Source of the DNA: a virus
DNA length: 64,000 bases
Virus record (IMG/VR): IMGVR_UViG_3300017917_000400
Span: 40,076 to 104,075 of that record
Strand: one strand, 5' to 3'
Below are positions 40,201 to 47,228 of this stretch, one piece after another. Numbering within the stretch: position 1 is the first letter of the stretch; each line of letters starts with the position of its first letter. The position numbers and the translations under genes were made by a program. The notes under the pieces were generated by a model, which was not told the origin of the DNA, searched no databases, and saw nothing but the letters and a program-made list of their open reading frames with translations.

Positions 40201-42379
40201 TAATGTAATTGTTGAGCATCAAGGAAAAATACTACGTCCTGCTGACACTGTTTATTTTGACGTTGTTGGCACAGTTAGAACTTACACAGTAAGCGTAGTT
40301 GACTATGCTATCAATACAATTGATGCTAACAAAGTTCGCGTATACAAAAACGGTATTGAATTAGCAATTTCAAAAGAATTTACTTGGAAATCTTCTAATA
40401 ACCAATTAACTATTAAGCGCGGTGTTGCAGTTACTGGAGACAAAATTGCATTAGTTATTTTAGAAAATGCAGAATACTACATAGAAAAGGATTCAACAGG
40501 TGTACAACTTCGATTGTTGGATTCTTATTCTGTAAATGATAAGTTTGTAGTAACAACATTTACTAACCATGATATTTTAGATATTGAACGATCTAATGAT
40601 TATATTAAATCAGAAAGTACAATCACAGAAGGATCAGTTGATTACTACAGATTTAACCAGTTATTAGCGGGCCGCATAGAACTTAGAAACACCGCTATTG
40701 GTGCTGAATATGTATGGTTAACTCTTAATGGAGAATTGCTAACTCCGGAGATTGATTACATCTTAGAAGATAATTTAAACTATATTCAAATTGATAAAAA
40801 TAGAACATTGTTGTCAACAGACGTAATTGAATTAATAGTCTTTAGCAGTGACGTTACATTTAATAAACCATTTGGATATAAAATATTCAAAGATTTAATG
40901 AATAGAACTTTCTATAAGAGATTAGATGCTAGTGCATCAACTGTACTAGCACAACCTTTAAATTACTATGACACATCTATCGCGTTGGAAGACGCAGGTA
41001 ACTTACCAGTTCCATTACGCAGTCAAAATCAACCAGGCATCATATTCATCGATAGAGAGCGTATTGAATATCTTGAAAAAGATGGAAATACATTAAGATA
41101 TCTAAGAAGAGGAACATTAGGAACCGGAATACCTACTACACACCCTGCAGGAACTGTAGTAACAGATTCTAGCGTTGGGCAAACAATTCCTTATAAGGAC
41201 GAAACACAGACTGTGGTGTTAATTGCAGGTGGATATGATCAAGCATCTACAATATTTGAAAACAGTCTAGGCATGAGTGTAACTTCGTTAAAATATAATT
41301 TTAACAATAACACAGCGTTTCCGTTGGGTACACAAATTGCCACAGTTACAGGAACAGGCTTTAAAGAAAATGTACAAATACTTGTAGGAGATCCAACACT
41401 AACAATTAATTTTACCGCTACTGAAATTAATTCTGCAGGAGAAATTATTGTAAGTTCAATTGACAGAATTTATGAAGGTAAGGAAATAGTATTTTCAGAT
41501 ACAGTATTTGGTGGCATTGAATTAGAAACATCTTACTATGTTCTAACTTACGGACAAGATCCAACTACAGAAGAATATTACATTACAGTCAGTGAAGAAA
41601 TTAATGGAACTCCTGTTTCACTTTCTGTAAGCAGTGGATCTATGATAGGCACTCATAGTAGAGCAAAATGCAAGACAACATACATTAGTAGCACAGAGTT
41701 AACCTTTATAACTCAGGCTGAAGTAGTTGGTGCATACGACTTAATTGTACAGAATCCGTCATTTACAGTTGGACCAGTGACAGTAGCAGAAACTAGTTAT
41801 GTAGCACCAGAAGCAGTGCGTTATGTTCAGATATTGCTGCCATTTGCACCACTTCCAAATCCAAGAACAGCCACTGGTTGGTATAAAAACACTTCAGAAA
41901 TTAGTGTTTCAAATATTCAGCCAGGACGAGGATATACTATTAGTTCTGTTGGCACATCAGACTTTATGAGTATTGGCGCAACATCTAACACTGTTGGTAC
42001 AGAATTTATTGCTACAGCAGTAGGATCCGGCACTGGCACTGTGCTAGATTATACAAGTATTCCTTTAGAGTATTGGGAAGGTATGGACATAGAGGTATTT
42101 GTTGCAGGCCGCAGATTACGCAAAGCGCCAATCACAGTTTGGGATGAAAGTTTAGGTCCAGATAGCCCAAGCGGTGACAAACAATTACAGGCAGAATTTG
42201 CTGTAAACAAAAACGTTGGTGCTTATGTACGTTTAACAGAGCCCCCAATGAAGGGTTCCAAAGTTATAGTGCAAAAGAAAATAGGTCAAACATGGGTAGC
42301 AGAAGGGCAAAGCCTTGTAGATGCTCAAACAGACCAAGCAAAATTCGTTCGTGCAAAGAGTGCGGATTTGCCTCGATAA
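28295..42379 (+). CDS. Giant baseplate wedge/structural protein (gp7-like position), 4694 aa
   Basis: Single 14-kb ORF after gp6; N-terminal FLPRYFRT; EVKPYRSKVRE; propeller-like repeats, V..GGSGY..PP.V.I repeats, Ig-like domains, coiled-coil insert. Confidence 0.75.
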   Translation: MAFSKDQKEPSLPTSSTDTTRSAVNFLPRYFRTSTNQKFLNGTLDQLISVGNVDKINAYIGRKTNKAYSPTDNYVEEISLERSAYQLEPAILVKDSLDNVTFFSDYNDYINQLKYFNSSTTDHNKINSQESYSWDPHIDWDKFINYREYYWLPKGPQVIAIKGQSKNIISTYTVTLINDVDNIAYLFTPDGLTRNPSIKLYRGQTYKFEINCPGRPIAFKTVRDLDNAFIYDDGVTSDTPYVEDGTITFTIPDNAPDVLYYVSQNDINTSGFFKIYDIEENTFIDVEKEILGKKTYNIDGTLELSNGMKVNFIGNVTPEKYSTDNWYVEGVGDKIRLVAEDSLQTPLSFTLDKDIEFDTENFDTQGFDVNNNYPDKKDYITINRSSRDGNHWSRYNRWFHKSVIETSANYNDQPIDIDQTARAKRPIIEFKPDIQLWNFGTEAKKSVDLVDLFTKDIFSTIEGSLGYTIDGVFLLEGMRVLFAVDTDTTVNGRIFKIGFVTHLGVKRITLLEEDDTDPIDGQSVLIKDGDNFKGKMFHYSSGAWTESQDKTNVNVPPLFDVVDVNSVSYGDRTTYIGSSFIGTKLFSYQEGDTYDNELGLNISYSNIGNIGDILFDFNLQKDSFTFQGEVELIERNLDKGYLKINDSISSSRRLNGWIKTEFLTRQPIIRQYNVTANLLNLFPIDVYKKSGTLDDLEIKVFVNNKKRSDYEVYRQNSVAYIQFITDLSVNDVLIIETISSAEKVSTEGYYKFPSNLESNPQNLSLYNLTLGQISNHVKTIVDNVSSFEGSLPGTSNLRDLGDVSGYGTQVVQHSGPLAPIIYSFTNKNVNIVKSLRYAQDEYSKFKRNLIRTATTYGYDGITRTHLDLILKEVTKDTTIEAPFYLSDMVPFGINFVYEQEIIDDSFTDYPLTFDFNLDEASSKAVLVYVNDELLLHGRDYIFINTSFIKILSTIQTGDNLKIIQYEETAGCCVPPTPTKLGLYPLFEPKIFVDNTYQVPTKVIQGHDGSITVAFSNPGEPDEFRDQLLLELEMRIYNNIKIRYDAELFNLDSMIPGYFRNADISLSELNSTLRQEFLNWTGLINEDYTKHTFLDRNNPFTFNYKSFVDPSGEQLLGFWRGIYKYFYDTDRPHTHPWEMLGFSIKPTWWETTYGPAPYTKDNLLLWNDLAEGTIRIPGEFPRKNNLYARADLLKFIPVDGEGQLIDPLETGLVSEFISVFTEKEFTFGDHAPIETAWRRSSHYPFALITTLTLLRPAKMFALGFDRIRQYRDETGQIVYKTPTGNSRFNLSNLIFPSTVKDSTRVFASGLVNYLISYAVSKSFTIVDNFKSDLSSLQIKISSKLAGFTTKEKFKLILDSRSPLNQGNVFIPQENYDIILNSSTPVTTISYSGVIIEKSASGFILKGYNKTISEFKYNKPVETVSDPIISVGGISETYTEWQSSKYYAKGLIVKIDQNYFRVTTGHTSTTAFESKYFAKLPSLPVIGGREIILRRNFESEISSLHYGAELRTVQEVVDFLLGYGKYLTDAGFVFEYFNPALKTVTDWQTSAKEFTFWTTQNWAEGSVISLSPSAEELIYNKEYSIVDSIYDPFYEYSIFKQDGVELEPSFTNSIRENNNFSLRPKNTADGLYHATLNLVQKEHVLILDDVTIFNDIIYDQIQGYRQDRIKVVGYKISDWTGNFNIPGFVYDRAIVTEWKPWKDYALGETIKYKEFYYSARKNVSGAETFDDNEWYKLSDRPESKLIPNWDYRATQFEDFYDLDTDSFDVDQQKFAQHLIGYQKRQYLENIINDDVSQYKFYQGMIQEKGTQNSLSKLFDALNSADQDSLEFFEEWAIRLGQYGASGGFEEVEYVLNEEKFLINPQPIELVNQIPFGVNDFVYRITPDQVYLKPDDYLHAPFPTVSSQNEYIRTAGYVNYEDVDYIISSKDEFADYNIKDLVEGQYFWLGFDRSSWNVYRFTNFAKSIKRVEETDNFRIVLNFKLPLDIVIGSYVGINNTNTSVEGIKQVIDVGLDWFEITMPADIDTAAIIEINTALNINLFKFTSQRLSSINDLNSLPISGKKNNELVWTDGTNNNWSVWKFKKTYTSSEISNEENYFSKVVAVSDNETVLAASASNTVIYYTRPTTNFGWALQDVLAPLSTETFVDTNGSFGESLCFNADGSYLFVGAPRYGITSVPGVLPTDPPIITEVNIGYVAQYTKNIYGNYEFTRVIQNATPTQFQEFGSKIQVNGNTLYIVSAGGVALDGSTLIPASLTAYSLISNTVLASLTFTPGISVTDFNVSQNNTIVISKDDESVSVIRLSSSTFVTVSEINLSDFVSIEQIETGSNFATSAAISKDGNYVAIGIPGYSKLASNQGAVALFKLSGATYLADDLITSPLNQDSEKFGYRIRFNAGSDRLVVYSFGGSQTVETVIDSGETTFDLNVTKFIEVEEFTGSIRVYEKYDTKFLIGDELEPQSILGNNYGDAFVVVNSVYVNDQTITNGAFYEFKGLDKSWTKYRSPEPSVDLSKIKSLFLYNTRTNSVVANLDFIDPINGKILGIAEQELSYKTYYDPAVYNVGTETVVVDSLTSWTNRNVGKLWWDLNTVKFANPLQGSVVYKANTWNTVYNESTVDIYEWVETEYLPAEWDSLADTETGLALGISGQSKYGNLAYSLTQRYDNVSKTFRNIYYFWVKNKVTVPDVSFRKTSANDVANLIANPKGQGIQYITLLGANQLALVNCKDLIVGKDVALNVRYWTISNTEQNIHAHYQLLAEGNTNKKLNKYVEQKWFDSLVGYDINGGEVPDPRLPAKLKYGILNKPRQGMFINRLEALKQFIERVNSVLITRSIIDDLNLSKLNSKEDPPSEISGKYDIAIDTQSQIRFVGSTGFQQASVSPVVEAGKIVRVIVTSAGRGYKLPPEITIVGTGSGAKLTAVINSIGEITSVTVNNSGQDYLDTTVLSVRPFTILVNSDETAANKWSLYIWNTATSSWFRSKTQTYDVTKHWNYVDWYADGYTAFTKIDYQVDFSYEMSFIDIAIGDLIKIKNEKSGGWILLEKINNLSTDNVSLNYKTVGRQSGTIQFNSNLYKFTNSNIGFDSFTYDSDVYDDEPKEELRIILDVIKNNILVDDLEIEYNKLFFASLRYVFSEQTFVDWAFKTSFVKSQHNLGTLQQKVNYKNDNLASYEEYINEVKPYRSKVREFISNYNAIDNTNTGVTDFDLSAKYNIEEGKILPFDVKVRNDAIVYSDSSILSEPYSDWLDNVGHSVTEIIVTNGGSGYQAPPSVEIIGNCKLQATAQAYISSGSVTRIIVKNLGQGYITTPSVVITGSTGTTGTTATAYAVLGNSLSRTNTIGVKFDRTIPEYKISSITVSQTFNGTGSRTLFELTWPIDVRTNKTSVIVSNEELLSTDFTVYNKKDTSKGYTRYIGVLELDTAAEIGTANVVITYTKDINLLSAADRIQYYYNPKTGQLGKDLGQLMQGVDYGGVEVTGLGFEIGSGWDGLPWFTSGWDDFDEAYTDNLFVSDGTSRSFSLPYIPEDGELITVYLNGVRIDDPNYDEYTAAEEAYNTSAAELATLTAERDLLQTQTDAKQDELDGLTQDLIDTQAVIADLEAQLAVTPPSNPLYFTLQTLLAENEAQEAELIDDINTVNGELLDLQADLAAKQIQVTAKTTEVADNLATLNSAPEIVNEDAQMNTFVGDGSTDIPIVIPAYVDLNEGDTIILRKSTSDGSFRPNRQFFDSEITGGDFTYTSARGIRAEEIIIDGDNFVTPTTNYAPEEVVTGQVVDSVAITVFHTVEDGAPVIVTRHYITTEPENEFLIGQRPNSTQAAFVKVDGLIKKQDVDYTLNFAQSKIVFLTNLPINSEVVVTSMSKNGLNVLDSDTFIGDGVTTEFVTVARWAGDYSVLVSVNGNSATVTTFVTDETYAEVGNIGIRFSTAPANTAIIDYTVLSSLIDTVSRVSAETVIYDGTSQVYELNNLPANLEPFDNNVIVEHQGKILRPADTVYFDVVGTVRTYTVSVVDYAINTIDANKVRVYKNGIELAISKEFTWKSSNNQLTIKRGVAVTGDKIALVILENAEYYIEKDSTGVQLRLLDSYSVNDKFVVTTFTNHDILDIERSNDYIKSESTITEGSVDYYRFNQLLAGRIELRNTAIGAEYVWLTLNGELLTPEIDYILEDNLNYIQIDKNRTLLSTDVIELIVFSSDVTFNKPFGYKIFKDLMNRTFYKRLDASASTVLAQPLNYYDTSIALEDAGNLPVPLRSQNQPGIIFIDRERIEYLEKDGNTLRYLRRGTLGTGIPTTHPAGTVVTDSSVGQTIPYKDETQTVVLIAGGYDQASTIFENSLGMSVTSLKYNFNNNTAFPLGTQIATVTGTGFKENVQILVGDPTLTINFTATEINSAGEIIVSSIDRIYEGKEIVFSDTVFGGIELETSYYVLTYGQDPTTEEYYITVSEEINGTPVSLSVSSGSMIGTHSRAKCKTTYISSTELTFITQAEVVGAYDLIVQNPSFTVGPVTVAETSYVAPEAVRYVQILLPFAPLPNPRTATGWYKNTSEISVSNIQPGRGYTISSVGTSDFMSIGATSNTVGTEFIATAVGSGTGTVLDYTSIPLEYWEGMDIEVFVAGRRLRKAPITVWDESLGPDSPSGDKQLQAEFAVNKNVGAYVRLTEPPMKGSKVIVQKKIGQTWVAEGQSLVDAQTDQAKFVRAKSADLPR

Positions 42380-42382
42380 ATA
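42376..42382 (+). promoter_or_regulatory. Late promoter (ATAAATA) overlapping stop of the giant gene
   Basis: Core motif upstream of AGGTG SD and ATG 42404. Confidence 0.55.
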
Positions 42383-42403
42383 TAGAATACAGGTGACTTT
42401 AAT

Positions 42404-43018
42404 ATGACAAACAATCCAAAAGAAAATTCAGGTTTTTTAGTACAAGGGCATATCAAAATACATGATCCTAGCACTAAAGAAGTGTTTATTGATAAGAAAA
42501 ATGCTATTCATTATGAAAATATGAGTATAGCAATGGCTGAAAGTTTAGCCAATGCTGGCCAAGGATTCATATATGAGATGGTATTTGGTAACGGCGGTAC
42601 ATCAGTAGATCCCACAGGAGTTATTACATATCTAACTCCTAATAGTACAGGATCTAATGCTAGTTTATATAACGAAACATATACTAAGGTAGTTGATGAT
42701 CGTAGTACTAATAACTTAGATCCTACGAGAAATAAGATTGAAACACGTCATGTTACTGGTACAAACTATACAGATATTTTAATTACTTGTTTATTAGATT
42801 ACGGTGAACCTTCAGATCAAGATGCATTTGATAATGCAACATATACAGATGGTGAATATGTGTTTGATGAGCTAGGTTTGCGAAGTTACAGTCCTACTGG
42901 TACAGGCAGATTGCTAACTCATGTTATTTTTCACCCAGTACAAAAGAGTCTAAACAGATTAATTCAAATTGATTATACTGTTCGTGTACAGAGTTTAACT
43001 GGTTTTAACGAGGCTTAA
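42404..43018 (+). CDS. Baseplate/fibre attachment protein (204 aa)
   Basis: FGNGG, FDELGL, HPVQKSLNRLIQIDYTVRVQ; located between wedge and fibres. Confidence 0.6.
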   Translation: MTNNPKENSGFLVQGHIKIHDPSTKEVFIDKKNAIHYENMSIAMAESLANAGQGFIYEMVFGNGGTSVDPTGVITYLTPNSTGSNASLYNETYTKVVDDRSTNNLDPTRNKIETRHVTGTNYTDILITCLLDYGEPSDQDAFDNATYTDGEYVFDELGLRSYSPTGTGRLLTHVIFHPVQKSLNRLIQIDYTVRVQSLTGFNEA

Positions 43019-43020
43019 TC

Positions 43021-45330
43021 ATGGCATACCAAGTAAGATATACAGATTCAACTAATTTAGATAAACCAGCACTGACGGTTGAAGACAATACTATTAATAA
43101 TTCAACTAGTCTTCAATTTCCAGGAAGAAACGTTACCGGTTACGGAACAATTATCGCTGAAAACTTTTTACATTTACTTGAGCATTTTGCTAACGACAGT
43201 TCTCCTGAAAACCCAGTCGAAGGACAGTTATGGTATGACAACACACCAGGTGTTAATCAATTAAAAGTTTATGACGGCACATCATGGTCTAGCGCAGGCG
43301 GACTAAAGAAGGGCAACTCTGAACCAGAATTAGCAACAAGTTTGCCTGGTGATTTATGGGTTAATACTGATACACAGCAATTATATTTGTATACAGGTTC
43401 AGGTTGGATCTTAGTTGGTCCAAGATTTAGTACAGGTGCTCGTACAGGAGCAGAACCTGAATTTATTGAAGATACATTAAGTAATCTTCAACCAGTAGTT
43501 AGTAACTATGTTAATGGTGAACGTGTTTGCATAGTAGCCAGCGAAACATTTACTCCTAAAACTCTAATAACAGGGTTCCAAACAATCAAAGCAGGTGTTA
43601 CTTTAAACTCTAATTATAATACCTATTGGGGGACAGCAGAAAAAGCCGCTGCCTTATTAGTAGGAACTACAACTGTATCTGCTAGTAACTTTTTAAGAAG
43701 CGACGCTACTAGTAATACAAACTTCCCAATTAATGTGCGAACCTCCCAAGGTGTTGCAATTGGTGAAGATACACAATTAAATTTAAGCATTGACGGTACT
43801 GCTGGTGTAATTTTCCACAAGACATCGGGTAGTAATTTAGATATTCGTATGAATAACAACGGTTCGATACGAACAGTTGTTCGTATTGATAGTTCAGAAC
43901 GTGTTGGTATTAATAATATTAATCCGCAGACAGATTTAGACGTTGGTGGAGGCATCAATGCATCTGGAGATATCTCTGCAGATGGTAATGCTGCCTTCGG
44001 TGGCGACCTAACAGTAGACGGAACAGTCAATATTTCAGGAGATGTATCATTCGGTACAGATAATACTAATACAGTAACAGTTGCGGGTGTTATTTTACCA
44101 GACGTTAACTTAGGTGCAGACATTGGCACAGTAGATAAAAAATTCCAAAGAATTTGGAGTTCAAGATTTGACGGTGATTTTTATGGAAACGTTTTTGGTT
44201 CATTGACAGGTAATGCCAGCGGATCTTCAACTAAACTAGCATCACCTACTATCTTTGACTTAGACGGTGATATTACCAGTAATGAAGTTGAATTTGACGG
44301 ACAAACTGGTACACCTACATTAAACACATTGACGGCTTCGGGTAACGGTGTTGAAGCAACATTAACATTTACAGCGCAAACTGTTGCTCCTTACCCAACA
44401 GGATCACAAATTGTTGTTAGTGGTATTGCTCCAACAGGATATCGCGGAACTTATACAGTTACAGATGGTGGCCTAAGTTATGTAAAATTTGCCAGCACAC
44501 AAACCGGATCACAAACTACAGTTGGTGCAATTTCTAGATTTGGTCTAAGTGGTAATAGAAAACGTTTCTTTACACAATTAAGCGAAACCTTTATTGCAGA
44601 TAAACCTGAAATTACAACTATTGCAGAAGGTGATACATTTGTTGTACAACGTGGGGCAGAAGGTCTAAAGAAGATTACCAAGCAAAGTCTATGGACAGCA
44701 ATTCCAGTTACACCCACAGGTGTTGTATTACCGTTTGCAGGACTAACAGCACCAACTGGATGGTTGTTCTGCGATGGCTCAGAAGTATTAGTTTCAGATT
44801 ATCCAGAATTATTTGATATTATTGGTTATCAGTTCGGTGATATTACCACATTGTTGGGATTAGGTACATTTAAACTTCCTGATATGAGAGGTAGAATGGC
44901 ACTGGCTATGGATAGTATGAACAATGGTGTAACTGTTCCTAGTAAGTTAGACCCAACACAACAAATTTCTACAGGCGGAGGCTCTGCAAATAGAGTCACA
45001 GACGCTGCCGCAGATATTGTTGGCCAAGGTGCTGGAGTTGAAAAGAAACTCATTGCTTCGGATGAAATTCCAGATCACGTACACAATATGCAAGGTAACG
45101 ATGACAATCAATATTATGCTTTTAGAAACGTACCTGGAGATCCTTCAGACACTAACGCAATCAGCGGAGAAGGGTCAACTGTAACAGCAAGAGGACAATA
45201 CATGTCGGATTCGGGAAGAATTTTTGGTTATCCAAGAACCCCGGGCGGCGATTCTATACAGTCTCAATTCAATGTTATGAACCCTTACTTAACATTGAAC
45301 TATATTATTAACACTGGAAAACTTTCATAA
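43021..45330 (+). CDS. Tail fibre with tail-collar domain (short-fibre-like)
   Basis: PTGVVLPFAGLTAPTGWLFCDG...FKLPDMRGR collar; C-terminal NVMNPYLTLNYII. Confidence 0.8.
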   Translation: MAYQVRYTDSTNLDKPALTVEDNTINNSTSLQFPGRNVTGYGTIIAENFLHLLEHFANDSSPENPVEGQLWYDNTPGVNQLKVYDGTSWSSAGGLKKGNSEPELATSLPGDLWVNTDTQQLYLYTGSGWILVGPRFSTGARTGAEPEFIEDTLSNLQPVVSNYVNGERVCIVASETFTPKTLITGFQTIKAGVTLNSNYNTYWGTAEKAAALLVGTTTVSASNFLRSDATSNTNFPINVRTSQGVAIGEDTQLNLSIDGTAGVIFHKTSGSNLDIRMNNNGSIRTVVRIDSSERVGINNINPQTDLDVGGGINASGDISADGNAAFGGDLTVDGTVNISGDVSFGTDNTNTVTVAGVILPDVNLGADIGTVDKKFQRIWSSRFDGDFYGNVFGSLTGNASGSSTKLASPTIFDLDGDITSNEVEFDGQTGTPTLNTLTASGNGVEATLTFTAQTVAPYPTGSQIVVSGIAPTGYRGTYTVTDGGLSYVKFASTQTGSQTTVGAISRFGLSGNRKRFFTQLSETFIADKPEITTIAEGDTFVVQRGAEGLKKITKQSLWTAIPVTPTGVVLPFAGLTAPTGWLFCDGSEVLVSDYPELFDIIGYQFGDITTLLGLGTFKLPDMRGRMALAMDSMNNGVTVPSKLDPTQQISTGGGSANRVTDAAADIVGQGAGVEKKLIASDEIPDHVHNMQGNDDNQYYAFRNVPGDPSDTNAISGEGSTVTARGQYMSDSGRIFGYPRTPGGDSIQSQFNVMNPYLTLNYIINTGKLS

Positions 45331-47183
45331 TGACCTACCGAATTAATAAAACCGATGGAAATCAATTAGTTGATTTACCAGACGGCACCTTTGATACAAA
45401 TACAACGTCCCTAACATTAATTGGGCGAAATGTAACGTCATTTGGCGAAGCGTTAAATGAAAATTTTATTAAATTATTAGAAAACTTTGCCAGTACTAGC
45501 GCACCAGAGTCGGCACTAAAGGGACAACTATGGTATGATGCAAGTAGCGGACGTTTAAATGTCTACGACGGAACAAACTTTAGAGCAGCCGGCGGCCCAG
45601 TAATAAGCAGTAGAGAACCATCAAACTTAGTTGCTGGTGACCTATGGATGAATAGTGAAACAAATCAATTATGGTTTTATGATGGTACAGATTTAACCCT
45701 TGCAGGTCCTATATATAATAATATTCAAGGTACTACGGGGTTTGTGGTAGAAACAGTATTAGATAATTTTAATAGAGGACATACTGTAGCAAAGTTATAT
45801 GTTGCTAGTACTTTATTAGGATTATTCAGCAAAGATGAATTTACTCCAGCACAGCCTATTGTTGGTTATGCAGAGGATATTAAACTTATCAAAGTCGGAT
45901 TTAATGTAGGATCTTTAACTAATGTAAAGTTTGATGTTATTGTTACTCGAGCAGAAAATATTTTAACATCAACTGGTGATTTAAAATCTGCAGAACAAAT
46001 TGTTTACAATGACGGTGATCAAGTTATTTTTGGATCTTTAACAATACAATCAGACGACGGTTTAATTATTGGTTCGTCAGAAGACGTTGATTTAAAAATC
46101 GTCAGCGGAAAATTTGTAATAGAACATAAATTAACAAATCAAGATATTGGAATTAAGATCAAATCTCCAACCGGCACGCAAGAGGCTGTTACAATAGATG
46201 CTATTAATTCTAGAGTTGGAATTTTTAAAGAAGTACCAGAACAAACTTTAGATGTAAATGGTAATGTTAAAATTGCGGGCGATTTATATGTGGGCGGCGA
46301 AACAGTAACATTACAAACAACAACTTTAGAAGTAGAAGATAAAAATATTGTTCTTGGTAAAACATTGTCAATTCCTACAGATGCAGCCGCAGATGGTGGG
46401 GGCATTACTCTTAAAGGTACAACTGATAAAACAATCGTTTATGATGATGCCGGCACTAATTGGAATTCAAATATTAATTTCAATTTAGCATCAGGTAATA
46501 CTTATAAAATTAATAATGTTGATGTACTAAGCAATAATACATTAGGTGCCGGCGTTATAAATTCTAGTTTACAGGTATTGGGTGCATTACAAAGTCTTAA
46601 TGTTGATAATTTAACCTATATCAACAATACAACTATAAGCACTTCTGCAAATAATTTAATTTTAAGTCCAAATTTAAACATTGATGTTAGCGCAAAACGT
46701 ATCACTAACATGGCAGATGCTATAGATGAACAAGATGCTACTACTAAAAATTACGTTGATGCTCGAGTATTTGATCGAGGAATTGCACTTAGTATGGATA
46801 TTACTGGTTTGTCTAATAATCAGATAGCCGCAATTTTAGACAATATTGCTCCTTTCTATGATCCAGTATTGGCCCCAGAGGGAATGGCCATTGACGGAAC
46901 AAGATGCAGAGTACATGGAACTACATTATCTGTATCAGTAGGCGATATTACTTATAGTCCAGATGTGGGAGTTGAATATTCGACAGTAATGGTAGATAAA
47001 AATGGAACAGAAAATGAGTCGGTCGTTAAGAGTCTTGCTTTGGGACAAACAATCGCTGGACCTAGTGCGATTATTAATGTACTAAGACAGGATAAATTGT
47101 TTGTTATGGGCGGCGGATTAAGCCCAACATCAGGACAATGGGGATTTGAGAGCGATATCAATGCACCTTATACTACACCGTAA
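45330..47183 (+). CDS. Tail fibre/baseplate-attached structural protein (paralog 2)
   Basis: Shared N-terminal ENF..LLENFA...GQLWYD module; DATTKNYVD repeat. Confidence 0.7.
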   Translation: MTYRINKTDGNQLVDLPDGTFDTNTTSLTLIGRNVTSFGEALNENFIKLLENFASTSAPESALKGQLWYDASSGRLNVYDGTNFRAAGGPVISSREPSNLVAGDLWMNSETNQLWFYDGTDLTLAGPIYNNIQGTTGFVVETVLDNFNRGHTVAKLYVASTLLGLFSKDEFTPAQPIVGYAEDIKLIKVGFNVGSLTNVKFDVIVTRAENILTSTGDLKSAEQIVYNDGDQVIFGSLTIQSDDGLIIGSSEDVDLKIVSGKFVIEHKLTNQDIGIKIKSPTGTQEAVTIDAINSRVGIFKEVPEQTLDVNGNVKIAGDLYVGGETVTLQTTTLEVEDKNIVLGKTLSIPTDAAADGGGITLKGTTDKTIVYDDAGTNWNSNINFNLASGNTYKINNVDVLSNNTLGAGVINSSLQVLGALQSLNVDNLTYINNTTISTSANNLILSPNLNIDVSAKRITNMADAIDEQDATTKNYVDARVFDRGIALSMDITGLSNNQIAAILDNIAPFYDPVLAPEGMAIDGTRCRVHGTTLSVSVGDITYSPDVGVEYSTVMVDKNGTENESVVKSLALGQTIAGPSAIINVLRQDKLFVMGGGLSPTSGQWGFESDINAPYTTP

Positions 47184-47199
47184 AGACAGGGTGGGTTCG

Positions 47200-47206
47200 A
47201 TAAATA
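47200..47206 (+). promoter_or_regulatory. Late promoter (ATAAATA) for third fibre gene
   Basis: Core motif upstream of ATG 47229. Confidence 0.55.
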
Positions 47207-47228
47207 ACATATATTAGGGGTTATAAGA

